Positions 11,362 through 42,928 are shown, counted from the first letter of the stretch. The stretch: DNA of 64,000 bases from the human T2T-CHM13v2.0 reference genome, Homo sapiens (GCF_009914755.1 NC_060941.1); one strand, 5' to 3'. Translations and numbers: made by a program. Notes: generated from the sequence alone by a model not told the origin.

Positions 11362-11841
11362 CTACAAAGAAAGGATAGATGGGATCAGACCTCAGATGTG
11401 CTGGAAAAACCACCTCTTTCCCTTTTTATTTATGTAGACTCAGAGTTGCTCTGCAAATTGCACCGAGAAGAACTGCAGTAATGTTTTACATAAAAGAGGA
11501 AACAACTTCTCTTCCTCCAGTGTACAGACTCTCCCTTCCTCACCTCTCAGTGCTCACCTTTAGGACAGCATATAAAGGAACTGAAGAGTTTCAGATTAGT
11601 TCAACCAACCACATAAACCATTCTGTTCCTACGCCTAGTGATTCATGGGGCCCACTCTATGGGCTGACTGTAATAAGAAGGAAGTGGGGGGGGGGAATCT
11701 CTCATCTACATTTTATTGTGGGGGTTCTTAACCTTTGGTATTTCACAGCAGGTGTATAAATTTCTAAAGCTTCCTACATACCTAAAGAGAGAGTAAAAAC
11801 AGGCAAAGGGTCAGTAGCAGGGCAGGAGTAAGATAAGTCTC

Positions 11842-17330
<5,489 letters not shown>

Positions 17331-17482
17331 AAATTATCAATTCGTTAATTTTACCAAGTTGGGGCAAAAGCCTTTTAACAGTCCAGGAAATATTTAAAGC
17401 TAGTCAACAGCTTCTACAGAGATGAAGAACATTTTGTCCTAAGGGGTTTCTGTAGGGATCACCCCCATCTCTAGACTTCTAC

Positions 17483-17585
17483 CTGGTAAACACGCCTTCC
17501 ACTGGGTGATGAGATTAAGGTGATGGACTGTCGATCAACTAGGTCCAAGGCCTGGGTGGCTGATGAGCCAAAGAGAAACTTCAGC
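17483..17585 (-). CDS. ZSWIM7: ZSWIM7 coding exon 3
   Basis: tttcacAG|G CTG AAG... LKFLFGSSATQALDLVDRQSITLISSPSGRRVYQ|GTAGAA; 103 nt. Confidence 0.96.
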
Positions 17586-17819
17586 CTGTGAAATAAAAAC
17601 ACTTCAGATTAGAAGGCCTGATTCTCAAAGTCACCTCAGTAACTTGCCCAAAGGATCACTAGACTTAGTATTTTTTAAAAATTCATTTTAATTTTGAAAA
17701 AAGGAAAATAATACAGCAAAACCCATGGACCCATTCACTCCCCAGAATTAATGTTAATATCTTGTGTACTTATTTCAGATCTTCTTGTATTATGTATATA
17801 TGTGTGTGTGTATATATAT

Positions 17820-27800
<9,981 letters not shown>

Positions 27801-28037
27801 ATCTTGATCTAAAAAAATTACCACTGAAGAATGGGGGTTAGGAAGGGTGCATAACTATATATTAATAGAAAAAAGATTTTGAAAAAGACAGAAAACAGGG
27901 CTTCTGAAAATAAACATGAATCAACAGCATTGGTTCCTGTGTCTGAACCATGGGTGTCAGGGGCAATGATTATGCCCCCTTCAGGACTGTCAATGTGTCT
28001 TGTGAACCTTCTTGTTGGAGGGAAAAAACCCAAAACT

Positions 28038-29271
<1,234 letters not shown>

Positions 29272-29734
29272 TACTTTTTAAAGTGTATGGAAGCATTAAC
29301 TTTAATGTTAACATCAGAATTTGAGAAAAAGAAGTTTAATAATTCAAAATTTCGTGTAAAATAATCAAGAACTCCACGTTTCTATCACTCACTGTAGGCT
29401 CCCGTCCCTTCCACCCCCGGGCGGGGACCCCTCCCAGCGACCCGGCCAGCTCTCAGCACTTCGGTCCCCACTGGCCTACTCGCTCCGACGGAGGGGCTCC
29501 TGCAACTGCGCTGTACCGTAAATATTTGCTGAATCGATTTGACTTTTACTTGTTCCAATTTCGCTTTTTTGTTGTTTTGTTTTTTTGTCTTTTTACGAAC
29601 AAGAGGTTTAGAGAACCACATGGAAAAAAGGCAGGGCCAGGCCCGGACACCCCGCCTCCTGCCTCCCGGCCCGGCGGTGCCCGGATGCCCCGCCCGCGCC
29701 CATGGCGCAGCCACACACGACCTCGGTCCCGTAC

Positions 29735-29810
29735 TTCGCGCGCTCTCCTGCACCGCCGCCGCCATCTCGCTCAGGAGCTCCTCCACAACCGCCGGCAACA
29801 CTACGGCCAT
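29735..29810 (-). CDS. ZSWIM7: ZSWIM7 (SWS1, Shu complex SWIM zinc-finger protein) coding exon 1
   Basis: ATG at 29810-29808, MAVVLPAVVEELLSEMAAAVQESAR plus 1 nt, donor GTACGG; 76 nt. Confidence 0.96.
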
Positions 29811-30064
29811 CGCGCCGCAGGACACGCCCTCCACGACCGGCGGACCGCCGCGACGCTCCAGCTGACTGCGCCTACCTGTGGAGGATCCTGACCCCCCGCC
29901 GGGGCAGGGCGAGACGGAGTGACGTCGGGGCGCGTCATCGCGCGTGCGGACGCAGGGATGTCCTGCTCAGTCGTCAGGGCCCGGCCAATCCGGAGGGCGC
30001 TCGGCGCGTGGTCGGGGGCCAGGAGCGCGTCTGGCCTGCAGTGCGCAGAGGACGCGGCGGGAGC

Positions 30065-30248
30065 ATGTTCCGGCTCCTGAGCTGGAGCCTGGGCCGAGGC
30101 TTCCTGCGGGCCGCGGGGCGGCGGTGCCGGGGCTGCTCCGCGCGCCTGCTCCCGGGGCTGGCAGGAGGTCCGGGGCCCGAGGTGCAGGTGCCGCCATCCC
30201 GAGTCGCGCCGCACGGCCGGGGCCCAGGCCTGCTGCCGCTGCTGGCAG
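30065..30248 (+). CDS. TTC19: TTC19 exon 1 (mitochondrial presequence); complex III assembly/quality-control TPR protein
   Basis: MFRLLSWSLGRGFLRAAGRRCRGCSARLL... Arg/Leu-rich presequence; donor CAG|GTGAGG; 184 nt. Confidence 0.96.
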
Positions 30249-30333
30249 GTGAGGGGCGCGGGCCGGGCGGGGCCGGCCGGGCGGGGACAGGGGCGCGGGC
30301 CGGGCCCGATGACCTCAGAGCCCCTTCCCGCAG

Positions 30334-30461
30334 CGCTCGCCTGGTTCTCGAGGCCCGCTGCGGCAGAGGAGGAGGAGCAGCAGGGAGCCGACGGGGCCGC
30401 TGCCGAGGACGGGGCGGACGAGGCCGAGGCAGAGATCATCCAGCTGCTGAAGCGAGCCAAG
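30334..30461 (+). CDS. TTC19: TTC19 exon 2
   Basis: cccgcAG|(A)LAWFSRPAAAEEEEQQ...IIQLLKRAK|GTGAGG; 128 nt. Confidence 0.96.
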
Positions 30462-30899
30462 GTGAGGCGGCTCCGGGCCCTGCGCCCGGCCGAGCGCGGT
30501 AGCCTTTGTGAGCGGGGTCTTGGCGTTGCTGCGCATTACTCTCTCCGCCTCGCCGAAGAGTGGATGGAGGCTCCGCGGGTAAAATTGCCGAGAATGAGGT
30601 GGGTCATCCGAGAGGGGATTGGAATCCATCCAGGCTTTTCCGACTCTAAGGCCTGCAGTAAAACCTCTGCAGTGTCAAGTGCAAATGGAGATGGCGCCCT
30701 AGGCATCACGCTTTATGCAAACGAAATATCGGGAACGTTTTGTAGTGGTTTTATCAATTAACCAGCCTATCTGAAATGACATAATTTCGCACGTATATAG
30801 CGGCCTGAAAATGGCAACTTAGTGTTGGTTATGCGGTTCGGTTCTCCTCCTGAATTCTTCCTTTTCTCCACATCCTTTTCTATTTTTTTTTCCTCCTCT

Positions 30900-32020
30900 T
30901 TTCCCAAGTTATCTCATCTCTTCCATTGAGCTAAATACCTACTCGATGCCAACAACGTCCAAATTTGTATTTCCATTCTGTAGTGTGCTACTGACATGCC
31001 ATTTGCACTTTAGGACCATACCTACCTCTCAGATTTAACATGCCCAAAACTAAACGATCTTTAATGCCTCCTCAACATACGCTTTCGCCATCTCTTTACT
31101 ACCATCAGTTTTTCAGCCTAAAAACCTCATAGTCATTCTTAAAACTTGTGGTACCTTACCATTGCCTTCCAATACACTTACAGTCCAGCAACAAGTCCTG
31201 TTGCCAACAAATGCAAAATATTTCTCAAATCTTTCCCCTTTTGTCTATCTCCCTTGCTGTCACCCTAGTGCAAACCATCATTGCCACCAACTATGCTCCA
31301 GTAGTCTTTCCTGGCCTCCTGGCCTCTTGCAATCTATTCTCCATGCAGAAACCAAAGCGACCAAAAAAAAAAAGAGTAAATTGGATTATGTCATCTCCTT
31401 GTCAGAAAGCTCTGAATGGCTACCCACTGCATTTATGATAAAATACAAACTCCTTGCCTTGGCTTGCAACACCCCACATGATCTAAACCAGCATATACCT
31501 TGCCCACCCATTTGGCAGTAATCCTCTGGCTCACCATCCTCCCTTCACATCTATTTCTTTGCATTTCTTCCTCAAAACCATTCTCTTCAGCTTGTAGGGA
31601 CTTCACTCATTCTCTACCCTCTGTTTGAGTCATTGTTCTCCCCAGGTCCTTATTTGGTTGACTCATTCTCATCCTTACTACCTCAGTTTAGCTGTCACTT
31701 CCTTGGAAGGCTTCCCTAAGTCCTATTTAGAGGAGACCCCTTATCATTCCTTTCTGTCATCTTTATAGCTCTTATCATTAGTTGTAATTAAGCTTACTTG
31801 TCCTATATGGTCACCTCCAGCCTGCAAGAAATTAGAAAGAGGATGGAGGACAAGCAGCTTCCTTATAAAATATGTTGTAAGATCACATTCCTTCTGCCTG
31901 TGTCTCTTGGCCAAAACTTCATCAGATGGCCACACCTAGCTGCAAGGGAGGCTGACCTCCCTGTCATCTCTGTAGACAATGCTTTGTACATAGTAGGAAT
32001 TCAGTAAATGTCTGATGAAT
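30900..32020. mobile_element. L2 remnant (with MLT1-like insert at about 31810-31950)
   Basis: tttaacatgcccaaaac, caacaagtcctgtt, acatagtaggaattcagtaaatgtctgatgaatga. Confidence 0.6.
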
Positions 32021-32130
32021 GAGTTAGCTTCCTTCTATCAGTTGGGATGTACAGTTGCATACACTTCTGTCTCTTAGCATATGCATCTACTATATGTTTC
32101 ATTTTCTATTATTTTGTCTTCCCTTTTCAG

Positions 32131-32241
32131 TTGAGCATTATGAAAGATGAGCCAGAAGAGGCTGAGTTAATTTTGCATGACGCTCTTCGTCTCGCCTATC
32201 AGACTGATAACAAGAAGGCCATCACTTACACTTATGATTTG
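32131..32241 (+). CDS. TTC19: TTC19 exon 3
   Basis: ttttcAG|LSIMKDEPEEAELILHDALRLAYQTDNKKAITYTYDL|GTAACT; 111 nt. Confidence 0.96.
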
Positions 32242-32301
32242 GTAACTCTTATAACCAGTCTGAACCACTGATGAGGAAGGTTGGATGGGAGGGAAGGGTA
32301 G

Positions 32302-33700
<1,399 letters not shown>

Positions 33701-34042
33701 AAATCGAGGGGACTCTGTAATCAAAAAGATGGAGAAGAGAATGACTATTAGGAGACAGTTTGTAGTCTCTGCCACAGTGGGTTTGGATAAGAACTTAATC
33801 TCTGAGGTTGTTTTCTACTCATCAGAGAGTAGTTTAAGGTACACAGAGGATGTTGAGGGTCCTGATATTTTGATCTGTTTTCGCTTCAAAAGGGTACTTT
33901 TCTGTGTGTGAGTGTGCGTGTGTGTGGGTATATGGGTTTTACAAGGAATGTTGCATCAGACTGGCACTTAGAATCCAGGGTCATATATATATATATAAAA
34001 TGGGGCCCAATTAAAAGAAAAATCTTTTCCTTATGCTTTTAG

Positions 34043-34099
34043 GCTGAACAACTTTTTAAAGCAACAATGAGTTACCTCCTTGGAGGGGGCATGAAGCAG
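34043..34099 (+). CDS. TTC19: TTC19 exon 5
   Basis: ttttAG|AEQLFKATMSYLLGGGMKQ|GTAAGG; 57 nt. Confidence 0.95.
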
Positions 34100-34412
34100 G
34101 TAAGGACATTGCCTAGTATTGGCCCCTCACTGAAGCAGTTTTCAAAACAGTCTTGTCTCCTGAAAACTCCTCCTAGCCCCACCACATGCTTTGGTCAGGA
34201 AAGGTGGAGTTTCCCTTCTGAGATCTCTATACAAATTGCCATTCTTTCACTAAATGCAACAGCATGCTTGCCAAGGAATTCACAGTTGGCTCATCACTCT
34301 AAAAGAATAAAGACTGTGGCTTTGAGGCCACCGTCAGTCTGGAAGTTGATCTGAAATATGCCATGAAAAAATTTACTTGTTATGAGTTCCCTTCATTCTC
34401 TTTCTCTCACAG

Positions 34413-34474
34413 GAGGACAATGCAATAATTGAAATTTCCCTAAAGCTGGCCAGTATCTATGCTGCGCAGAACAG
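34413..34474 (+). CDS. TTC19: TTC19 exon 6
   Basis: ctcacAG|EDNAIIEISLKLASIYAAQN(R)|GTAAGT; 62 nt. Confidence 0.95.
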
Positions 34475-36290
34475 GTAAGTACAGCAGCCAGGGAGTAGGA
34501 CTGTGGGCAGGAAACTTTGACTCTGGGATGTTACATAATATTCATTGTCTACTGGTCATCTGGGTCTCCCAGAAATTGGGTGTCACACTCAAAGTGTTCC
34601 ATCCCTCATCTTTGAAATTGTCAGTCTTTTTCCAGTTTGCCCCTACTGTTTCCATCAGCCTGCCTAGTGGGGCACACAACATCTCTGGCTGCCCTGTGAC
34701 AAAACTAACTAAGTTTTCTGTTGCTGCTTGAAGTGGGAAGGGAAGTTAGAGTTAGAACTTTAGTTTAACTTTTCCTAGAAGAGGAAAGAGCAGTGTGAAA
34801 GCTGCTGGGGATAATATATTAATACTCTGAAGAAGCCATTTTGCTGGTATAAATAGAGTTCAAAGATGAAGCATCTAGGTTGTAAGCAGAGAACTCCTCT
34901 AGAGAGTTGTATTTGGGATGAATTTAGGGAGAGACCTAAGACTAGCTTCCCTTCAGGTTTTAGTGGTGCAGAAGTTGGTGCGAGAGGTTTGGAGTGACAT
35001 GGAGCCTGATGCTGTAGAAAGGGTGCTCACTGAGGCCAGGCCCTGGCACTGTTCCCTACTGTCCTACTCACCAGCTCCTTTGTTCTCATCAGGACCTGCA
35101 TAGTCTCCTTGCATTTTGATTGGACACTAGATAGGCTAGAGCTTCCTGGAGCCTTTGACTTCAAGTCTTTTGAGGAGCTTTGAGCTTGGCCCATGCCAGG
35201 GAACACTGCAGCTTGGTCAATCTTTCTTGGAGTTGTAACAAACATGCCTAGTTCTTGATTGGGTATGAATCCCTAGGGTAAGAAGAAGCCCAGAGCCTAA
35301 TAAACATTGTTGAGTAAGACAAATTCATAGTCTTCTAGAGGTGAAAGCTAGTAACAATTAGCCTCTGAGTTACATGGTACTCTGTACTTTTCATTTTGTT
35401 TTATTAAGAGAAGCATGAGACTAGAAAAGACATGGCCAGATCTGAGGCTTCGAAAGGCTGATATAGGTTATGAGGGGAATTGTTTGTAGACCTCTTGCTC
35501 CGACTGGGAGCGTCTTCTGGGCAGTGTCCACTTGCCCTGTGTTATGGCTAGAGAGGGCCCTCTTGCCAAGTTTTGAGCGTAGGGAAGGAAGGGGATGCTT
35601 CTGTTCTTCTGAGAACAGAGCAGAACAGTAGGGTCATAAGTTCTCCCCTGGCAAAGCACTAGAGAACAGGTGAGCTTTTTAGTGCCACTTCTGTAAGAAA
35701 CTAGAGCCAAAACTGAAGAAAAGAACCAAAGCTGAGCTCCTAAATGGAGAAGGGATTTCTGTCACATTTCCTCTGCATCTCTGTAAAAAGCAGCAGTCAG
35801 TCGGCCTGCTTGGGTTGACTCAACCCTCTCCAGTTGATTGAGGGTCCAGGGCTACAGAGTTGGGTTAAATGACTTCTATTGCCATAGCTAGGAGTCCCAT
35901 TTCTGCAAAAGAAACTTTTATCAGAGACTTATAGCTTGAAAGAAATATAAAATGACTAAAGCTCCTCAGAAGCTGTATGAGGTCAACAGTTGGAATCCTC
36001 ACTGTAGGGCGGCCTGAACTGTTTAGGGTAGTATTACTTTGAACAGGGGTAAGGCTTTCACACATGGAGAAGTTGATTCACTGGAGGCCATCTGTTAGTG
36101 GGAGATGATGAATACTGCTGGCTATGTCAGTTATTAAAATTAGGGCAGCATTCCTAGCTTTTTGTGTCCTAAGTTATATTAAATGGATGACTTAAAAAAA
36201 CTGCTTTGAGAAATGGCAGATTTGACACTACTTAGACTTTAAGCAAAGTTCCCTCTTCCCATTTTACACTTCCTTTACTGATAATGTTTA

Positions 36291-36647
<357 letters not shown>

Positions 36648-36685
36648 GAAAAGGTAAATGGCTGATTATTGATTTTGCTTTACAG

Positions 36686-36780
36686 ACAGGAATTTGCTGT
36701 TGCTGGCTATGAATTCTGCATTTCAACTCTAGAGGAAAAAATTGAAAGAGAAAAGGAATTAGCAGAAGACATTATGTCAG
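36686..36780 (+). CDS. TTC19: TTC19 exon 7
   Basis: tttacAG|[31 protein letters not shown]|GTAGGA; 95 nt. Confidence 0.95.
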
Positions 36781-37405
36781 GTAGGAAACCCATTATCTGG
36801 GCATTGCCTTTTCTCCACAAAAGGCTTTACTTTACACTTTTGAGAAATGGAAAGAGATCTAAATTGGGAAGAGGGAAAGTTACCTATTTTGCAAAATAAG
36901 TGTCTGTCTTTAAGGTATCAGCAGAAGTTTTGGAATAAGATGTTTTATTTAAAATATTTGACTGCTGTTTTGGTGGTGGTTTTTTTTTTAACCCCCTTGG
37001 TAACATGGTCATAATTTATTTGTTAACTTTTAGTTACATATAACTTAAGGAAAATTGGGGAGCAGAAGGAGAAGGTGTTTCTCGTATCTCTTAGTTCAGC
37101 TACCAATCAAAATGCTTATTACGTTTTAGCCCTAGATATACAGCAAATTAAGAAAGAAGAGAAAAAAAGCTCATGTTTTTACAATCCATCCTCACTCATT
37201 CTGGAGGCTAGGAATAGAACTGGATGAGCAGGAAGCTCTCTAGCTCTCCACCATTTTGGGTTTCTTAATTTGGGTTGAAGTATTGAGAATTTTCAGATTT
37301 GACATTTATTCAATACCTACTCTATACCAAGAGCTACCGAGATGGTAGGGATACAGCAGTCAACTCTTCTGTACCTAGTGGTCTTCTAACTCTCTCTTGA
37401 ACATA

Positions 37406-38093
37406 GAGTAGTCCCCCGTTATCCATGGGGAATATGTTCCAAGACCCCCAGCAGATGCCTGAAACGACTTCTAATACACTGTGTTTTTTTCTTATATATA
37501 TGTACCTATGATAAAGTTTAATTTATAAGTTAGGCACAGTAAGAGATTAACAACAATAACTTTTAATAGAACAATTATAACTATATACTGTTAACAGTGT
37601 CACAGACAGGAGATTCATTCTTATTGTAGATCTTATCAACCTCAGCATACAGTTTTTTGTTTTTTGTTTTTTGTTTTCTTACTAAGTTGAGAACTTTCAC
37701 CTTTTCATTAAAAGGAAGCACTTTATGACTTCTCTTTGTCATATTCAAATTGCCAGTATCACCACTCTCACACTTTGGGGCCATTATGTAAAATATGGAT
37801 TGCTTGAGCACAAGTACTGCAACATTGTGGGTTGATCTGATAACTGAGACTGCTGCTAAGTGACTGAGGCCAGCTGCCGTATACAACTTGGGTACACTGG
37901 ACAAAGATGATTCATGTCCTGGGCAGGATGGAGTGTGACAGTGTAAGATTTCTTCATGCCACCCAGAATGGCATGCAATTTAAAAACTTACGGATTATTT
38001 CTTGAATTTTTCATTTAATATTTTTCGGACTCTGGTTGACTGCAGATAACTGAAACCCCAGAAAATGAAACTGTGGAGTAGGAGGGATCACTG
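37406..38093 (-). mobile_element. MER44C/D-like (Tigger7-derived) DNA transposon with transposase N-terminal remnant
   Basis: TA target sites and degenerate TIRs; the minus-strand ORF contains MAPK...KRSHKVLPFNEKVKVLNLVRK...YAEVDKIYNKNES (psq-type HTH). Confidence 0.85.
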
Positions 38094-38099
38094 TACACC

Positions 38100-39310
38100 A
38101 ATTTTTTTGTTTTCATCACTCCACTGAAGCTACCTTTATCAAAGTCACCAAATCCAATGGTTACTTCTCAATCCTTAACTTACTCATCAGCAGCTTTAAC
38201 TTAGGGGATCACTGTCTCCTACTGAAAATACTTTCACTTGGCTTCTGGGATGCCTCACTGGTCTCTCTAGTGAGGTGAATAGACTTCCCTACCTCTTAAT
38301 GTTGGCACGCCTTAGGGCTGTTTTCAGCCCTATTCTCTTTTCTCTCTGCCCCAACACCTAGGAGATATCTTTTAGTTCCATAGTTTTAAATATTAGATTT
38401 ATACCTTCAGCCCCAACTTGCCCCCAAATGGCAGACTTATAATTATGATTGCCCACCCGACATCTTGACTTGAAGTCTAATGGTCATCTCATACTTAACA
38501 TGTCCAAAATAGGTCTCAGTTTTGCCGCTCACAACTTGTTTCGTCACCAGTCAGCCCCAGATTTGTAAATGGCACACTACTCATTTAGTTGCTTTGGCCA
38601 AGAACCTAAGAATTGTCCATGATTTCTTCCTCATTCCTCATATCTAATCCATCAGCAAGTTATACTGGATCAGCCATCAAAATATATCCATACTGACCAT
38701 GTCTCATCCCATTACCCTACTGCTTTGGTCCAGGCCATCACTGTTTCAAGACCTCAGTACCTTTGTATCACCTTTAGAATAAATTTAGAATCCCTGCATG
38801 GACCTGTAAGGCGCTTATGACCTGGGCCCACCCACCTCTTCCATGCCATCTGCTGCTCTCCCCTTGCTCGTTCCAGTCTCACCACACTGGTCTTATTCTG
38901 GCACATTCCAAGCTTAGTGCCACCTCAAGGCCTCTTTGCTTGATATTCCCCCTACCTAGACTGTTCTCTCTTACCTTTCTCTGGCCAACTCCCGTACTTC
39001 ACTCAGGTCTCTGCTCAAATAGCACTTCCTCAGAGTGCTCCCTTCACTAAAACTATCATCTCTTCCCACCTTACTATTGCTCTACTCCTCTTTCCTTTAC
39101 TTTTCTTCATCACACTTAAAAGTAGAGGTGTGTGTGTTGTGTGCTTGTGTTTCTCCACTAAAAGTATGTTTTTGTTTAAAAATTTTTAGTCTTTGTCTTC
39201 CATATCAAAGAAGGATAGAGACTTCATCCATTATACTCAGTGCTAAATCCTCGGTGCCTAGAACAGTGCCTGGCACATAATAGAGGCTCAATAATTACTG
39301 AATGAAAGAA
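38100..39310. mobile_element. L2 remnant
   Basis: L2 3'-region motifs (acttaacatgtccaaaa, gtgcctagaacagtgcctggcacataatagaggctcaataa..tgaatgaa). Confidence 0.7.
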
Positions 39311-40275
39311 CAAAAGACCCAAGAAAGACCAGCAAATAAATCCAGTTTCAGTGCAGTGTGGAAGTGCTTTGAGGAAATCCACAAGAGGTGTAAAAACAAG
39401 TCTAGCTGTCAAGTAAGTCACTTCTGAACTATTTACACCTTTGCTGTCTTTCATTTATAGTGTTGACTATGGTTTCTTAGGAGTGTAAAGCTATATTTTC
39501 TGATTCAAAAAATAATACCAGTAAACACTGAAGAAAGTTTAGAAAAGCACTAAGTAAAAATCATCTGTAATCATACTATTAAGAAAGAGCTACTGTTTTA
39601 TTTATTACTACGGCTTTTCGGGTTACATTTTAAGAAATAAATTTGGGATGATACTGTATATCCTACTTTGTAACCTGAGTTTTAACAATTTAGTAACATA
39701 TTATGAAAACACTTTTTTTTTCCAGGCAAAGGAATTCTTGTTAGATAGAGCAAGCTAATTTCTATTATAAATATTATTTTTACATTTTACTAGTTGCACA
39801 GTATAGAAAATGTGTTACATGATTCTTCATCTTATTTTTTCTAGAAAAGGAATTCCTACCTATTCAGTTTTGCACAAAGCAAATCCATTATCAAATTTAC
39901 GTGCTTTTTATTGACACAACTATCTCTATTCTAGGATAACATTACTTAATTACATAAAATTACATTACTTAATTACATAAAACCTTGCTCTAGGATAATT
40001 ATTTTGTTACCTATGTTGTAGACATATATGTACTTACTGAGGAAATGCCCATAAAAAATTAAGTGAAAACTTTGGTTACAAAACAGTATAGTTAGTATGT
40101 AGACTAAAAATAGGAATGGAACAAAGGCTGAATGATAGATATCAAAATACAGGCAGTGATTCTCTTTGGTTGGTAGGTTTATAGGGAATTTATATTTTAT
40201 TTGTGTTTCTCTGAGTATTCTATAATTTTGTACAAATTTATATTTTTCTTTTTAATTTCCAATGTTATCTGTTAG

Positions 40276-40920
<645 letters not shown>

Positions 40921-42724
40921 TGATCCGCCTGCCTTTGCCTCCCAAAGTGCTGGGATTACAGGCATGAGCCACTGTGCCCGGCCCCTATTTTCAACTCTTA
41001 ACCAGTTTCCTCTGGTATTTACCTTCACATTTCTCAATAATATAAAATTGCTATTTCCTAGTTCATTATTTTCAGAATATGTTGATTTATGGAAAAGTGA
41101 AGATTTAGTGCAGTTTCTGGTTGTGTCTACATTATGAGTGTATGAATAGTGTTAGCTGCTGAGCCAAGTAACATGATTACACAGTTACATTTCCTTTTGT
41201 GTACGTTTTGCTTCCTCTGAAGTTAACTAGGTTTTTTTGTGGCTCCGTTTGTTATGTATATGCCAGATTCTTCACTTTTACATATTACTTGCTTTCTTCA
41301 ATTCATAAGCTTTCCCAGTATTCTAGAGTTCATGTTGGCTCACTTTTCATTGGCATGGCTGGCCATAGGCATTCAGTCTTCATCTTCTTTTTTTTGTTTT
41401 TGTTTTTGTTGAGACGGAGTCTCACTCTGTCACCCAGGCTGGAGTGCAGTGGCTCAATTTTGGCTCACAGCAAGCTCCACCTCCTGGGTTCAAGCAATTC
41501 TCATGCCTCTGCTTCCTGAGTAGCTGGGATTACAGGCGTGAGCTACCACACCCGGCTAATTTTGTATTTTTAGTAGAGACGGGATTTCACCATGTTGGCC
41601 GGCCTGGTCTCCTGACTTAGGTGATCCACCCGCCCCAGCCTCCCCAAGTGTTGGGATTACAGGCGTGAGCCACCGCGCCCGGCCGCGTTATATCTTTTTC
41701 ATCCTGTAAGTTTCATTTTAGTGGTATTTGGGGAAGGAGTGGAGAGGAATGCCTGTGTTCAGTTCAGAATAGTAAATCTGTTATTGGGCATCAAGATAGT
41801 GTCCAAACCTGTTTTTTTAAAGTGGATTCTTAGCACTGAGATTTCCAAGTCAAGAGTAGCACATTTTAAGGTTGTTGATGACTATTGCCAAATTGCCATT
41901 GAAAGGACTGTGTTAATTTACATTTCCTGGTTTGGCTATTTATGTACTTTGTGACTTTGGCCAAATTACATAATCCCTGTGTGCTTTTTCTTCAGTGTGG
42001 GATTAAGAGTAACACTCATAGGACCTTTAGGAAGGTGGAATGAGTTAATACATAAAACGTACTTAGAATAATACATTGTAGCTGCTCAAAAAGGGTTTGT
42101 TAGTGGTTTTTATTATTGTGATAAGCCTATGTCCTCCTCCCCAAAACTCATTAACTTTTATAATCTTTGTTAGCTTGATGATATGGCCTTGATGCATTAT
42201 CTAGCATTTCTTTGATAAACAGTGAGGTTTATCTTTTTTTTTTTCTCACCATGTCTTAGGGTGCTAAGAGGTTTATTTTTTATTGGAGCTTTATTGTAAA
42301 AATATTAATCCTTTGTCTCTTGGGTTTTCCTCCTGATTTGTGTTTATAGAGTGGGGTTTTTTTTTCTAATAAAAAGGGAATGTGAAATTAACATTTGTAT
42401 AAAGAATTTATGAGAATTGGCGAGGGACAGTGGCTCACGCCTGTAATCCCAGCACTTTGGGAGGCCAAGGCGGGTGGATCACTTGAGGTCAGTCGTTAAA
42501 GACCAGCCCTGGAAACGTGGCAAAACCCCATGTTTACAAAAATTATCTGGGCATGGTGTTGCGCACTTGTAGTCCCAGCTACTCGGGAGGCTGAGGTGAG
42601 AATCTCTTGAGCCTGGGAGGTGGAGGTTGCAGTGAGCTGAGATCGCACCACCTGTGGTCCAGCCTGGGTGACAGAGCAAGACCCTGTCTTGGGGCTGGGG
42701 GGTGGAAGAGGATTGTGAGAATAG

Positions 42725-42928
<204 letters not shown>

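Larger units (their letters stand above)
29380..30600. promoter_or_regulatory. CpG island, bidirectional promoter of ZSWIM7 (-) and TTC19 (+)
   Basis: Very high GC and CpG content; head-to-head ATGs at 29810 and 30065. CRE-like TGACGTC 29920-29926, CGTCA half-sites 29933 and 29972, NRF1-like GCGCGTGCGG 29940-29949, CCAAT 29985-29989; no TATA box. Confidence 0.92.

Noticed and set aside
29385-30761. Multiple overlapping Arg/Gly/Pro/Ala-rich ORFs on both strands
   Set aside because: Expected from stop-codon scarcity in a CpG island. Only the parts matching ZSWIM7 exon 1 and TTC19 exons 1-2 are supported; the two in-frame extensions are listed as findings.
39931-39998. 21-bp near-tandem duplication ACATTACTTAATTACATAAAA flanked by CTAGGATAA
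   Set aside because: Ordinary slippage duplication in an AT-rich intron with no functional cue.
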